Source of the DNA: an uncultured SAR86 cluster bacterium
GTDB taxonomy: Bacteria > Pseudomonadota > Gammaproteobacteria > Magnimaribacterales > D2472
Direction: 5' to 3'
Length of the DNA stretch: 64,000 bases
NCBI GenBank assembly: GCA_902613705.1
Contig: CACMIG010000001.1
Coordinates: 40,102 to 104,101 of the forward strand
The first letter of the stretch is position 1. Each line of letters begins with the position of its first letter. Positions 15,815 to 25,280 of this stretch are shown here, in pieces. A program made the position numbers and the translations under genes. Under the pieces are notes generated by a model. The model was not told the DNA's origin, did not search any database, and worked only from the letters and a program-made list of their open reading frames with translations.

Positions 15815-16035
15815 AATTTTCCTCTTTGAAACCTCATTCTTATTGCATAAACCCTTATTAAAGCTACAACGGTAATAATTAACTGAACGAAAATTGATAT
15901 TTTTATGGGATCTGCCCATTGCCAATTATCAATTGTTAGCCATAAAAGATATGTTTGTAATGGAAAATTAATTACAGCGCCCATCATTACCACAATAACT
16001 GCTTCTCTTAGAGCAACTTTTTCTGTTTTATTCAT
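15811..16035 (-). CDS. Small 2-TM membrane protein (unknown family)
   Basis: 74-aa ORF with two hydrophobic helices (VIVVMMGAVINFPLQTYLLWL and ISIFVQLIITVVALI) and a basic C-terminus. Confidence 0.4.
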   Translation of the reverse strand: MNKTEKVALREAVIVVMMGAVINFPLQTYLLWLTIDNWQWADPIKISIFVQLIITVVALIRVYAIRMRFQRGKF

Positions 16036-16043
16036 ATTTCTTC

Positions 16044-16370
16044 CTATTTAATTTTGACACCAGTTCCATAAGCTAAAATTTCTGCTGCTCCACTAGCTAC
16101 AGTTGAAGTCTGAAATCTAAACCCAAGGACTGCATTGGCACCTTTGGATTTTGCATCTTCTATCATTCTTGCATATGCCTGCTCTCTTGAAGTCTGTAAA
16201 AGTTTAGAATAGCCAACAAGCTCTCCTCCAACTATGTTTTTAAGATTTGCTAGAAAGTCTGAACCAACATTTCTTGCTCTTACAGTACTTCCTTGAACAA
16301 GACCAATATGTTTTTCAATCTCAGCACCGTCGATATCATATGTAGTTACTACTATAAAATCTTCATCCAT
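16044..16370 (-). CDS. ybjQ: YbjQ family protein (UPF0145)
   Basis: 108 aa. GSTVRARNVGSDF, IVGGEL and GANAVLGFRFQTS are typical of YbjQ. Confidence 0.8.
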   Translation of the reverse strand: MDEDFIVVTTYDIDGAEIEKHIGLVQGSTVRARNVGSDFLANLKNIVGGELVGYSKLLQTSREQAYARMIEDAKSKGANAVLGFRFQTSTVASGAAEILAYGTGVKIK

Positions 16371-16406
16371 GACTTTTTCCTAATAATGGTTTAAGTTATA
16401 AATATA

Positions 16407-16739
16407 ATGCAAGAATTAGTAGAAGCAAAGTTTTCAATTGGAAATGTTGTAAAACATAAATTTCTTAATTTTCGTGGTGTTATTTTTGATTTAGATCCTT
16501 CTTTTAATAACACCGAAGAATGGTATAACTCGATTCCAAAGGACTTCAGACCAAAAAAAGACCAACCCTTTTATCATGTTTTTGCAGAAAATGAAGAAAT
16601 ATTTTATATCGCTTATGTCTCAGAGCAAAATCTAATTAATGATGTTGAAAGTGGTCCTGCAAATCATCCTGATATTAAGAAAATTTTTTCACACTTTGAT
16701 GGAAATTCTTACATTCCGCATAATTTAGCAACAAACTAA
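16407..16739 (+). CDS. hspQ: Heat shock protein HspQ (hemimethylated-DNA-binding YccV family)
   Basis: 110 aa. KFSIGNVVKHKFLNFRGVIFDLDP and PFYHVFAENE match the YccV/HspQ domain. Confidence 0.75.
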   Translation: MQELVEAKFSIGNVVKHKFLNFRGVIFDLDPSFNNTEEWYNSIPKDFRPKKDQPFYHVFAENEEIFYIAYVSEQNLINDVESGPANHPDIKKIFSHFDGNSYIPHNLATN

Positions 16740-17947
16740 ACACTAATTTCAAAATGAGCAACTTCTACAGAGGTTATAAAAACATTCATAGCATCAGCTA
16801 GCTCTTCTTTACTTACATATGTAGGAGCTAACCTAATAACGCTATCATTAGGATCATAATTTTTAGGAAAAGTAGAGCCAGCAGGAGTTATTAATACGCC
16901 AAGATCTTTACATAATTTTACAACCTTGGATGCGATAGGTTTTGAAGTGGAATATGTAATAAAGTATCCCCCGGTTGGTTTAGAAAATGAACCACATTCC
17001 TTCGGAAGTTTGTTTAAGTAGTCATATGCTAACTCAAACTTTGGCCTCACTAATTCAGCATGTTTTTTCATATGGGATTTGATATTTTCAACATTCTTAA
17101 AAAACTCAACATGTCTTTTTTGATTTAATTTATCAGGACAGATAATCATTGTTGTTCTTACCTTTTTAATCAAATCTAATGAGTGCCCTGAAGTAGCCAT
17201 AAAAGAGATTCCACCTCCACCAAAAGTAACTTTTGAAAAAGAGGTTGTAACTACAGTTTGATCTTGCACATTAGACTCCTCGACAACTTGCCATAAAGGT
17301 TTTTGTTCTGGAGTCGGTAAAAAGTCATGAATCAAATATGCATGGTCAAAAAGAAATAAAAATTTATTTGAATATTGTGATCCTATTTCAAACATCTTTT
17401 TTAAATTATCATCTGAATAAATCTCTCCAGATGGATTTGAATGTTTTGGAACACATAATATTCCTACATAATCATCTCCATTTTTTAGTGTCTCTTCAAA
17501 CGCATTTAAATCTATACCATCATCAGTTAAAGGAATTGGTACCGCTTCAATTCCAAAATCCTCAAGCATCATAAAATGTCTATCAAATCCTGGTACTGGA
17601 CATATAAATTTTGGATTTTTTAAATTTTTCCAAGGGATTGGTTCTGCAAAAAGGAAATTTGAAAGAACTGTTTGATATGTAAGTAAAAGACTAGATTGTT
17701 CCCCAGCAAGAATATTCTCAATAGGAGCGTTTAAGAGCTCAGAACCAAGTTTTCTTGCTTCGATTATTCCAAAAGGTTCACCATAGTTCCTTAGATCTGC
17801 ACCATCATCTGATGAAGTAGGAATTGATATATCAATAAGATCATTAGATAGGTCTAGTTGATCTTTGTCTGGCTTTCCTCGAGTAATATCAATAGATATT
17901 TGCTTTTCTTTCAAGGAATTAAATCTTTCTATAATTTCTTGGTGCAT
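16736..17947 (-). CDS. PLP-dependent aminotransferase (class I/II fold)
   Basis: 403 aa. The PLP-lysine motif TSFSKVTFGGGGISF, and an N-terminal ITRGKPDKDQLDL typical of a subgroup of aspartate-aminotransferase-fold enzymes. Confidence 0.7.
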   Translation of the reverse strand: MHQEIIERFNSLKEKQISIDITRGKPDKDQLDLSNDLIDISIPTSSDDGADLRNYGEPFGIIEARKLGSELLNAPIENILAGEQSSLLLTYQTVLSNFLFAEPIPWKNLKNPKFICPVPGFDRHFMMLEDFGIEAVPIPLTDDGIDLNAFEETLKNGDDYVGILCVPKHSNPSGEIYSDDNLKKMFEIGSQYSNKFLFLFDHAYLIHDFLPTPEQKPLWQVVEESNVQDQTVVTTSFSKVTFGGGGISFMATSGHSLDLIKKVRTTMIICPDKLNQKRHVEFFKNVENIKSHMKKHAELVRPKFELAYDYLNKLPKECGSFSKPTGGYFITYSTSKPIASKVVKLCKDLGVLITPAGSTFPKNYDPNDSVIRLAPTYVSKEELADAMNVFITSVEVAHFEISV

Positions 17948-17975
17948 AATATATGTGTAATTTTATACTAACATC

Positions 17976-18863
17976 ATGATTAATTACTTAATATTTATAT
18001 CTTTAATTCTCATTTTAGGGGCATTAATTTATCTAATCTTTAGTATAAAAAATAAAGAGACCTCAGATATTGGCGGAACTCAATTACTTCAAAACAAACT
18101 TAACGAAGTTTCAAATGATATAAACAAGATAGAAATTGACTTGGCATCAGTAACTACACCAATTAATGAATTAAATAGGTTCTTGGGTGGAAATGTCACA
18201 ACTGGAAGGCTTGGCGAATGGAGTCTTGAGTCAATTGTTCAAGATATAATGCCAAGCGATAGTTATAAATTTCAGGCTCAAATAAATTCTGAATCTTCAG
18301 ACAGAGTAGATTGTGCAATAACAAGTGCAGAGGGCTTTATTATCCCTATTGATTCAAAGTTTTATGCCGGTCAATATCAAAACTATCAATCAGCAGGTAA
18401 TGATGTTGATAGAAAAAAGGTTTTAAGGGATCTTAGGACCGCTTTATTGAGAGACGCTGAGGATATTTCTAACAAATATATTTTGCAAAATACTACATCT
18501 AATTATGCTGTGCTGTACATAGCCTCAGAAAAGCTAATCGATCTTGTAGACATGATTGATAGTTTAAGGCAAGAGTGTCTCACAGAAAAAAAGATTCTTA
18601 TATTAGGGCCTAATACGCTAGCTGCCTTTCTTGATACTATAAGAGTGGGACATCATTATTTAAAGTTAAATGAAACTGCAGCGAAAGTTGCCAAAGTTGT
18701 GAGCGATATTCAAAAAGAATTTTCTAATCTAGATTTAAGTACAGAATCTGTAATAAAAAGATTAGATGGCGCTTTAAAGGATGTTCAAAAACTTCAAACT
18801 AGGGTAAATGTTCTAGGAAATAAACTAGAAAAAGGCGCAGAAAGTTTAGACGAAGAGCAATAA
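17976..18863 (+). CDS. rmuC: DNA recombination protein RmuC homolog (short form)
   Basis: An N-terminal TM anchor, a coiled-coil segment, then a nuclease-like core with VDCAI, IPIDSKFYAGQY and ILGPNTLAAFLDTIRVG. 295 aa versus about 475 aa in E. coli. Confidence 0.6.
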   Translation: MINYLIFISLILILGALIYLIFSIKNKETSDIGGTQLLQNKLNEVSNDINKIEIDLASVTTPINELNRFLGGNVTTGRLGEWSLESIVQDIMPSDSYKFQAQINSESSDRVDCAITSAEGFIIPIDSKFYAGQYQNYQSAGNDVDRKKVLRDLRTALLRDAEDISNKYILQNTTSNYAVLYIASEKLIDLVDMIDSLRQECLTEKKILILGPNTLAAFLDTIRVGHHYLKLNETAAKVAKVVSDIQKEFSNLDLSTESVIKRLDGALKDVQKLQTRVNVLGNKLEKGAESLDEEQ

Positions 18864-20413
18864 TGCAAAATTTGAGATTATGGAAATATATTTCATTGCC
18901 ATGGATTATGTTCACATTTATTTTTTTTATTATCTTTTTTATACTTGCTTTTACTAATGACATTGATATTGAATTCTTATCAAATAAATATTTATTAAAC
19001 CTATTCAAAAATACAATTTTATTGTCTTTTGGATCTGCTTTAATATCTATGCTTTTAGCTGTTCCATTAGCAATATTAGTAACTTTTTATAAATTTCCAG
19101 GTTGTAATTTTTTTAGTTGGGCTTTAAGTCTTTCAATAGCATTTCCTGCATATGTTTATGCATTTATTTTTGTTGGAATGTTTGAATACTCAAGTCCCAT
19201 ATCTGAATTTTTAAGAAATTTTGGTGTAGCTCTTCCATCAATAAAAAATATATTTGGCGCATCTCTGATAATGTCAATGGCATTATTTCCCTATATTTAT
19301 CTCATAATCAAAGCTCAACTTTCGTCAGTTGGTATTAAGATATTTAAAGCAGCAAAATCTTTAGGTGACTCGAATTTAGGCGCTGTAAGAAAAGTAATAC
19401 TTCCATCATTAAAGCCAGCAATTATAGGAGGAATGGCCTTAGTAATCTTTGAAATAATCGCAGATTTTGGCGGGGTATCAACTTTAAGGATAGATACATT
19501 TACAGTTGGCATATATGACGCCTGGTTTGGATATCAAAGTTATTTTTCTGGAGCTAGACTGGCTGGATATCTTTTAATATTTGTTATTTTCATTATGCTA
19601 CTATCTAAATACTACGCAGATAGTCCACGTGGGGTTGCTACAAGAACTGCAGAATTGATAAATAAAGTTGAACTAAATAAATCTAAACAAATAATGTTCT
19701 CATTAATATGCTCATTAGTATTTTTAATTGTATTTTGCTTACCATTATTTCAACTTATTTATTGGCAGTTATCTGAATCAAGTATCAATCTTCTTAGTAA
19801 TATTAACTTATTAATAAATTCTTCGATTCTAGGTTTCGCCGTTGGGATTTTTACAATCTTTTTCGCAACTGCTCTTTCACTATCCTATAGACAGTCAAAT
19901 AAATTAAAATCATTAATTTCAATTTCCACATCAGGTTATGCCATCCCAGGGTCTGTAATATCTGCAGGACTTTTAATTGGCTTTGATGCTGTCTTTGGTA
20001 CTTCTATTACAATTTATGGAATATTTGGTTTAATACTTTGTCTAGGTCTGAGATTTATGACACCTGCTTATAATTATTCTAGTTCCTCTTTGGCAAATAT
20101 ATCCAAATCATCAGAAAATGCATTATCTCTCATTCCAAGCAATCCTCTGAAAGCATTTAGTTCATTTTATTATCCACAAATGAAATCAGCCTTATTTCTA
20201 GGATTTATGATTGTCTTTATTGAGTGTGTGAAAGAACAACCAGCAACTCTTCTTCTAAGACCAGTTGGATTTGATACCCTTTCAACAAAAATTTATAACT
20301 TTACAAGTGAGGGAGAATGGGAGATGGCAGCAAGTCCAAGCCTTTTGTTAATATTTTTAAGTCTAGCATTTGTATATTTAATTAATAAAAGTATTGATCT
20401 AAATACCAAGTAA
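18863..20413 (+). CDS. ABC transporter permease, duplicated-domain iron(III)/thiamine type (FbpB/ThiP-like)
   Basis: 516 aa with about 12 TM helices in two homologous halves, the architecture of Fe3+/thiamine ABC permeases. Its ATG shares one base with the rmuC stop (TAATG at 18861-18865). Confidence 0.65.
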   Translation: MQNLRLWKYISLPWIMFTFIFFIIFFILAFTNDIDIEFLSNKYLLNLFKNTILLSFGSALISMLLAVPLAILVTFYKFPGCNFFSWALSLSIAFPAYVYAFIFVGMFEYSSPISEFLRNFGVALPSIKNIFGASLIMSMALFPYIYLIIKAQLSSVGIKIFKAAKSLGDSNLGAVRKVILPSLKPAIIGGMALVIFEIIADFGGVSTLRIDTFTVGIYDAWFGYQSYFSGARLAGYLLIFVIFIMLLSKYYADSPRGVATRTAELINKVELNKSKQIMFSLICSLVFLIVFCLPLFQLIYWQLSESSINLLSNINLLINSSILGFAVGIFTIFFATALSLSYRQSNKLKSLISISTSGYAIPGSVISAGLLIGFDAVFGTSITIYGIFGLILCLGLRFMTPAYNYSSSSLANISKSSENALSLIPSNPLKAFSSFYYPQMKSALFLGFMIVFIECVKEQPATLLLRPVGFDTLSTKIYNFTSEGEWEMAASPSLLLIFLSLAFVYLINKSIDLNTK

Positions 20414-20417
20414 ATAC

Positions 20418-20903
20418 ATGCAAGATAACGAATATAGATTGAATGTTGGTGTAATTGTTGCTAATAAACAAGGAAAATTATTGTTATGTAAAAGAAAGGG
20501 GATAAATAGTTGGCAATTTCCTCAGGGAGGAATTGATATTGGAGAGAATTCCCTGAAAGCTGCTAAAAGAGAGCTATTTGAAGAAGTTGGCATAACCTCA
20601 AAATCGGTAAGACTTATCGACTCAATTGACGATTGGTTAAAGTATGACATTCCCAAAAAAAGCAGAAGAAAAAAAATATTTAAAACAAATTTTAGGGGCC
20701 AAAAACAAAAATGGTTTTTGTTTAAATTAAAAGAAGATGTAGAAATATCTTTTGATAATGATCCTGACAATGAGTTTGATAGTTTTAAATGGGTGTCCTA
20801 CTGGTACCCTCTCAATGTAATTATTTCATTCAAAGAAAAAGTCTATAGAGAGGCATTAAATAAATTAAAATATTCTTTCTGTAAAGAGTTTAATAATGTT
20901 TGA
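20418..20903 (+). CDS. rppH: RNA pyrophosphohydrolase RppH (NudH)
   Basis: Nudix box GGIDIGENSLKAAKRELFEEVGI and the N-terminus YRLNVGVIV, as in E. coli RppH. Confidence 0.85.
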   Translation: MQDNEYRLNVGVIVANKQGKLLLCKRKGINSWQFPQGGIDIGENSLKAAKRELFEEVGITSKSVRLIDSIDDWLKYDIPKKSRRKKIFKTNFRGQKQKWFLFKLKEDVEISFDNDPDNEFDSFKWVSYWYPLNVIISFKEKVYREALNKLKYSFCKEFNNV

Positions 20904-21684
20904 TGAGATTTTAATATTTGGAGTGCTTGGGATTCTTTCAGGATTGCTAGCTGGTATGTTTGGCATCGGTGGGGGACTTATAATGGTGCCAGTTCTGATT
21001 GGTACATTTATTAACCTTGGATTTGAAAATGAGATTATCGTTCAGCTTGCAGTTGGTACATCAATATCTTGTATTATCTTTTCAGGACTGTCTTCAGCAA
21101 ATGCCCATAGAAAAAAGAATGCAATTGATTTTGATAGCTTCAAGCCTGTTGCGTCTGGAATAGTATTTGGCGCATTTTTAGGAGCAATATTTGCAGTTCA
21201 AATTGATGGATTGATATTAAAAATTACAATAGCAACATTTGTATTAATTGTTGGCATAGATATTCTTTTAAATAAAGATTTTTTGCAGAATATGTTACGC
21301 CTAAAACCAAAATCAATTTTTGTTGGTTCTGGTATAGGTTTTTTATCTTCAATTTTAGGAATTGGAGGTGGGACTTTTTCAGTTCCATATTTCAAGGGTT
21401 CTGGGCTCAATCTTACCTCTGCAATAGGCACATCAGCAGCATGTGGAGTGCCTATAGCTATTTTTGGGACATTAGGATATGTTCTTGCAGGCATTAATCA
21501 AAATATGTTGCCTAATTTAAGTTTTGGATATGTCTATTTACCAGCTCTTTTAGGAGTTTCTCTTACAAGTATTTTTTCTGCAAAATATGGAGCAGATATT
21601 GCTCATTATCTATCTCAAGCAACACTGAGGAGACTTATGGCAGGTTGGTTTTTTATAATATCAATATATATGTTTGTAGTATGA
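20896..21684 (+). CDS. TauE/SafE family anion exporter (YfcA-like membrane protein)
   Basis: 262 aa, polytopic, with the duplicated motifs GMFGIGGGLIMVP and LGIGGGTFSVP. Confidence 0.75.
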   Translation: MFDEILIFGVLGILSGLLAGMFGIGGGLIMVPVLIGTFINLGFENEIIVQLAVGTSISCIIFSGLSSANAHRKKNAIDFDSFKPVASGIVFGAFLGAIFAVQIDGLILKITIATFVLIVGIDILLNKDFLQNMLRLKPKSIFVGSGIGFLSSILGIGGGTFSVPYFKGSGLNLTSAIGTSAACGVPIAIFGTLGYVLAGINQNMLPNLSFGYVYLPALLGVSLTSIFSAKYGADIAHYLSQATLRRLMAGWFFIISIYMFVV

Positions 21685-22478
21685 CGATTGAGCTATCAAA
21701 TTTCTTTAATAACCCTACTCTTATTGAGCTTGGGCCACTAAAAATTCAGTACTATGCAGTGACATGGTTGTTGTCTGCATTTTTGATTTACGTTTTTTTA
21801 AAAAATAGCAGAACTATAAAAGAAATAGGCCTTAATAAAGATGAAGTAAATGATATGGTTTTTCTATATGGATTATTCTTTGGAGCAATTTGTGGTGGAA
21901 GAGTCGGTTACATGTTTATATATGGGTCAGAACAGTTAATAAATAATCCCTTATCTTTATTTTATGTTTGGCAGGGTGGACTGAGTTTTCATGGTGGTTT
22001 AATTGGAGTAATTATTAGTCTAGTTATCTTTTGTTATAGGAAAAATATAGAGTTATTAAAATTACTTGATGGTGTTGCTTTGGCAATGCCTATTGGTCTT
22101 GGCTTGGTAAGAATTGGTAATTTTCTAAATGGAGAATTATACGGAAAGGCAACAAATGGCGATTGGGGTTTTATATTTCCTACTGATCCTTTTGGCATTT
22201 TAAGACATCCATCCCAAATTTATGAGAGCTTTGGTGAAGGATTATTATTATTTGCGATCTTATTAATAATTTCTAATAAAACAAACATTAAAGGTGTGGT
22301 TTCATCGTCATTTCTTATTTTTTATGGGTTAATAAGATTTATAATTGAATTCTATAGACAGCCTGATGCCCACATGGGTTATATTGCTTTTGATTCATTA
22401 AGCATGGGACAGATCTTATGTATTCCAATGATTATTATTGGAATTTGTATATTAATATATTCAAGGAAAAATTCATGA
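21681..22478 (+). CDS. lgt: Prolipoprotein diacylglyceryl transferase
   Basis: WQGGLSFHGGLIG and RIGNFLNGELYG motifs. The start is taken at ATG 21681 (ATGA overlap with the TauE stop), not the track's 21645. Confidence 0.85.
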   Translation: MTIELSNFFNNPTLIELGPLKIQYYAVTWLLSAFLIYVFLKNSRTIKEIGLNKDEVNDMVFLYGLFFGAICGGRVGYMFIYGSEQLINNPLSLFYVWQGGLSFHGGLIGVIISLVIFCYRKNIELLKLLDGVALAMPIGLGLVRIGNFLNGELYGKATNGDWGFIFPTDPFGILRHPSQIYESFGEGLLLFAILLIISNKTNIKGVVSSSFLIFYGLIRFIIEFYRQPDAHMGYIAFDSLSMGQILCIPMIIIGICILIYSRKNS

Positions 22479-23338
22479 AAGCATACTTAGACCTTCTTCA
22501 ATACATCCTTGAGAATGGGGAAGAAAAAAGTGATAGAACAAATACAGGAACCATATCTTCTTTTGGCCATCAACTTGAATTTGATCTAGAAAAAGGATTT
22601 CCTGCTGTTACTACTAAATCACTCGCATGGAAAGGTGTAGTATCTGAACTTTTATGGTTCCTTGAAGGCTCTGAAGATGAAAGAAGGCTTGCTGAGATAA
22701 GATTCAATAAAGACAGATCAGAACTAACAGATTTAGAAAAATTTTCAACAATTTGGACAGATAATGCAGATAATCAAGGAAAAAAATTAGGATATGAAAA
22801 CACTAAAATGAAAAAAATTCTTGGTCCTGTTTATGGCGTTCAATGGAGAAATTGGTGTGGAATTGATCAAATTGAAAATTTATTAACTAATTTAAAAAAT
22901 AATCCAGATGGAAGAAGACATATTCTTTCTGCCTGGAACGTTGGTGAGTTAGATAAGATGGCGCTGCCTCCATGTCATGTTATGTCACAATTTTATATAC
23001 ATAATGAATCAATAAGTTGTCATATGTATCAAAGAAGTGCTGATATGTTCTTGGGTGTTCCTTTTAATATTGCCAGCTATGCATTGCTCTTATCTATCTT
23101 TGCTGAAATTCTAAATTTAAAGCCTAAAAGATTTATTCACTCTTTTGGTGATGCTCACATATATAAAAACGCTGTTAAGCAAGTTAAGGAACAAATATCC
23201 AGAAATCCAAAACCTCTTCCAAAGCTAAAAATGCCAAAAATTTCAAATCTAAATGATTTAAGTAATTTTTCTATAGATGATTTTGTTTTAAATAACTATG
23301 ATCCCCACCCTCCTATAAAAGCAAAGATGGCAATATGA
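22475..23338 (+). CDS. thyA: Thymidylate synthase (ThyA)
   Basis: DRTNTGT, catalytic MALPPCHVMSQFY, YQRSADMFLGVPFNIASYALL and the C-terminus KAKMAI. The start is taken at ATG 22475 (MKAYLDLL, ATGA overlap with lgt). Confidence 0.9.
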   Translation: MKAYLDLLQYILENGEEKSDRTNTGTISSFGHQLEFDLEKGFPAVTTKSLAWKGVVSELLWFLEGSEDERRLAEIRFNKDRSELTDLEKFSTIWTDNADNQGKKLGYENTKMKKILGPVYGVQWRNWCGIDQIENLLTNLKNNPDGRRHILSAWNVGELDKMALPPCHVMSQFYIHNESISCHMYQRSADMFLGVPFNIASYALLLSIFAEILNLKPKRFIHSFGDAHIYKNAVKQVKEQISRNPKPLPKLKMPKISNLNDLSNFSIDDFVLNNYDPHPPIKAKMAI

Positions 23339-23844
23339 AATTAGTTATTTCGCATGTTGTAGCTCTTTCAAACAATAATGTTATTGGAATAGATAACAAA
23401 CTTCCATGGAATCTTAAAACTGATCTAAAGCATTTTAAAGAATATACTTCAAATAAAATCATATTAATGGGAAGAAAAACTTATGATTCTATTGGAAGGC
23501 CTCTACCTAACAGATTAAATTTTGTTGTATCGACTTCAGTTAATAAGATTGAGGGAGCGACAGTATTTCAAAGCACGCAAGAAGGTATCGATGCTGCAAA
23601 GCAAAAATGTCTTGAAGATCATAATTATAATGAGATTGTAATAATTGGAGGTGGTTATCTTTTCAGAGAAACGCTTGAAATCGCAAATAAACTAGTTTTT
23701 ACAAAAGTCGATTGTGAAATAGAAGGTGACGTTTATTATCCTGATATAAATCTTGATGAATGGGTAGAAAAAAGTTCAATGTATTTCTCAAAGGACTCTG
23801 AAAACGATTATGATTTTGTGGTGAAAGAGTATGAGAGATTTTAG
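23335..23844 (+). CDS. folA: Dihydrofolate reductase
   Basis: IGIDNKLPWNLKTDLKHFKEYT, LMGRKTYDSIGRPLPNR and IIGGG. ATGA overlap with thyA. Confidence 0.85.
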   Translation: MKLVISHVVALSNNNVIGIDNKLPWNLKTDLKHFKEYTSNKIILMGRKTYDSIGRPLPNRLNFVVSTSVNKIEGATVFQSTQEGIDAAKQKCLEDHNYNEIVIIGGGYLFRETLEIANKLVFTKVDCEIEGDVYYPDINLDEWVEKSSMYFSKDSENDYDFVVKEYERF

Positions 23845-25280
23845 GAAGAAGAAGATGAGTTCATTTGAATGAAATCTCTTCTTAAAGCTAGGTTTGCTAC
23901 TCTTATCTCTTCATTTTCAGTATATTTAATCCAATTATTTGCTTGAGTTTTAATTTTTTTATCTTTATCTCTAGCAGCAATTCTAAAGTTTTTCTTTGCT
24001 TCATCAAACTCTTCTAATTCAAAGTATGCCTGCCCTAAAGTTAAATAAACTTGTGATAATTTAGTTATCTTTCCTTTTTCAAGTCCTTTCTTTATTGCAG
24101 TAACGGCCTCATTAACTTTATCTTCTGATAAATATAAATTGCCTAATAACACATATGATTTTCCATCTTTGGACATAGCAGCTGCTTTTTCCAAAACTGG
24201 AATTGCCTTATCAATTTCTTGAGCCATTCTCCATGCATCAGCTAGAACTTTAAGATTTTTTTCAGTGCTTTTTACAACAGGGACAATTTTTTCTTCTTTT
24301 GTCTCTTCATCAGTAATAGTAATCATTTTCTTTTGACCGGAAACAAGAACCTCTGCTGCCCAGTATGGATTTTTATTCAATAAAAGAAGTTGTGCTAAAG
24401 CTAGATATTCTCCTTCTTTATTTAAGAAATCTTTTTGATAAGCAGTTTTCATAGTGATCATATAGTCTCTCTCTCTGCCGAGAATTCCATAAGCACCGCC
24501 TAACTGAATGAAATATAATTTCTTAGGATACAGATTAACTAAAATTTCATATATTGGTATTTGTTTAAGAATTGATTCTTTCTCACCTATTTCATCCTTT
24601 AATTCACTGTAGCAAGCAGCAAGAAGCGCGTACCAATTTTCTCTTGGTTTGTAGCCTTCTTCTTCTGCCATATCAATAGCTGTTTCAAGGGATTTCATTG
24701 ATTTTCTATAATCTTTAGTTGCGTAGTATGCCTGACCGAGCACTGAATAAGACTGAGCTGTTACTTTTTCAACTTCATCCATCCATTGCAAAATTAGCTG
24801 AATACCTTTTTTGTAATTTTCTTGTGCTAAATTTAATTGTGCTAATGCAAACATAGCTCCGTTTCTAAGACCAATGGTTACTTCAGGTTCATTCATTAAC
24901 TTTGTGTAAGCGTCCATCGCTTCTGGGTATTTATCATCGTTCATATAAACATATGCCCAAGCATTCCACATAACGGACCTATCGTAACTTTTGAGATTAT
25001 CTTTATTATTTCTTAAATCTGTAAGCACTTCTAAAACGGTTTCCATATCAGGAGCAGGTTCTCCTTTATCGTCAACCTCTTCAAGTGCTTCATAAACCTT
25101 TGCCATTTTTTTAGCAGTTGAAGTTTGGAGGGCCCTAGCTTTCTTGTATTTTATTTGTTTCTTTGTTTCAGGTTGTGACTGCGCCTCAATATAATTTGAA
25201 GATAAGGCAAACATAATTGCTAGAGTTGAAAAAAGATAAATTGTAAGCTTCCTGTTCATATGCTTTATTTTATTCTTCAT
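23841..25280 (-). CDS. Periplasmic TPR-repeat protein, last gene of the TonB2-type cluster (TtpD-like)
   Basis: A signal peptide (LTIYLFSTLAIMFALSSNYIEAQS) followed by multiple TPR-like repeats. Its position downstream of tonB matches Vibrio ttpD. An alternative start is ATG 25259. Confidence 0.6.
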   Translation of the reverse strand: MKNKIKHMNRKLTIYLFSTLAIMFALSSNYIEAQSQPETKKQIKYKKARALQTSTAKKMAKVYEALEEVDDKGEPAPDMETVLEVLTDLRNNKDNLKSYDRSVMWNAWAYVYMNDDKYPEAMDAYTKLMNEPEVTIGLRNGAMFALAQLNLAQENYKKGIQLILQWMDEVEKVTAQSYSVLGQAYYATKDYRKSMKSLETAIDMAEEEGYKPRENWYALLAACYSELKDEIGEKESILKQIPIYEILVNLYPKKLYFIQLGGAYGILGRERDYMITMKTAYQKDFLNKEGEYLALAQLLLLNKNPYWAAEVLVSGQKKMITITDEETKEEKIVPVVKSTEKNLKVLADAWRMAQEIDKAIPVLEKAAAMSKDGKSYVLLGNLYLSEDKVNEAVTAIKKGLEKGKITKLSQVYLTLGQAYFELEEFDEAKKNFRIAARDKDKKIKTQANNWIKYTENEEIRVANLALRRDFIQMNSSSSS

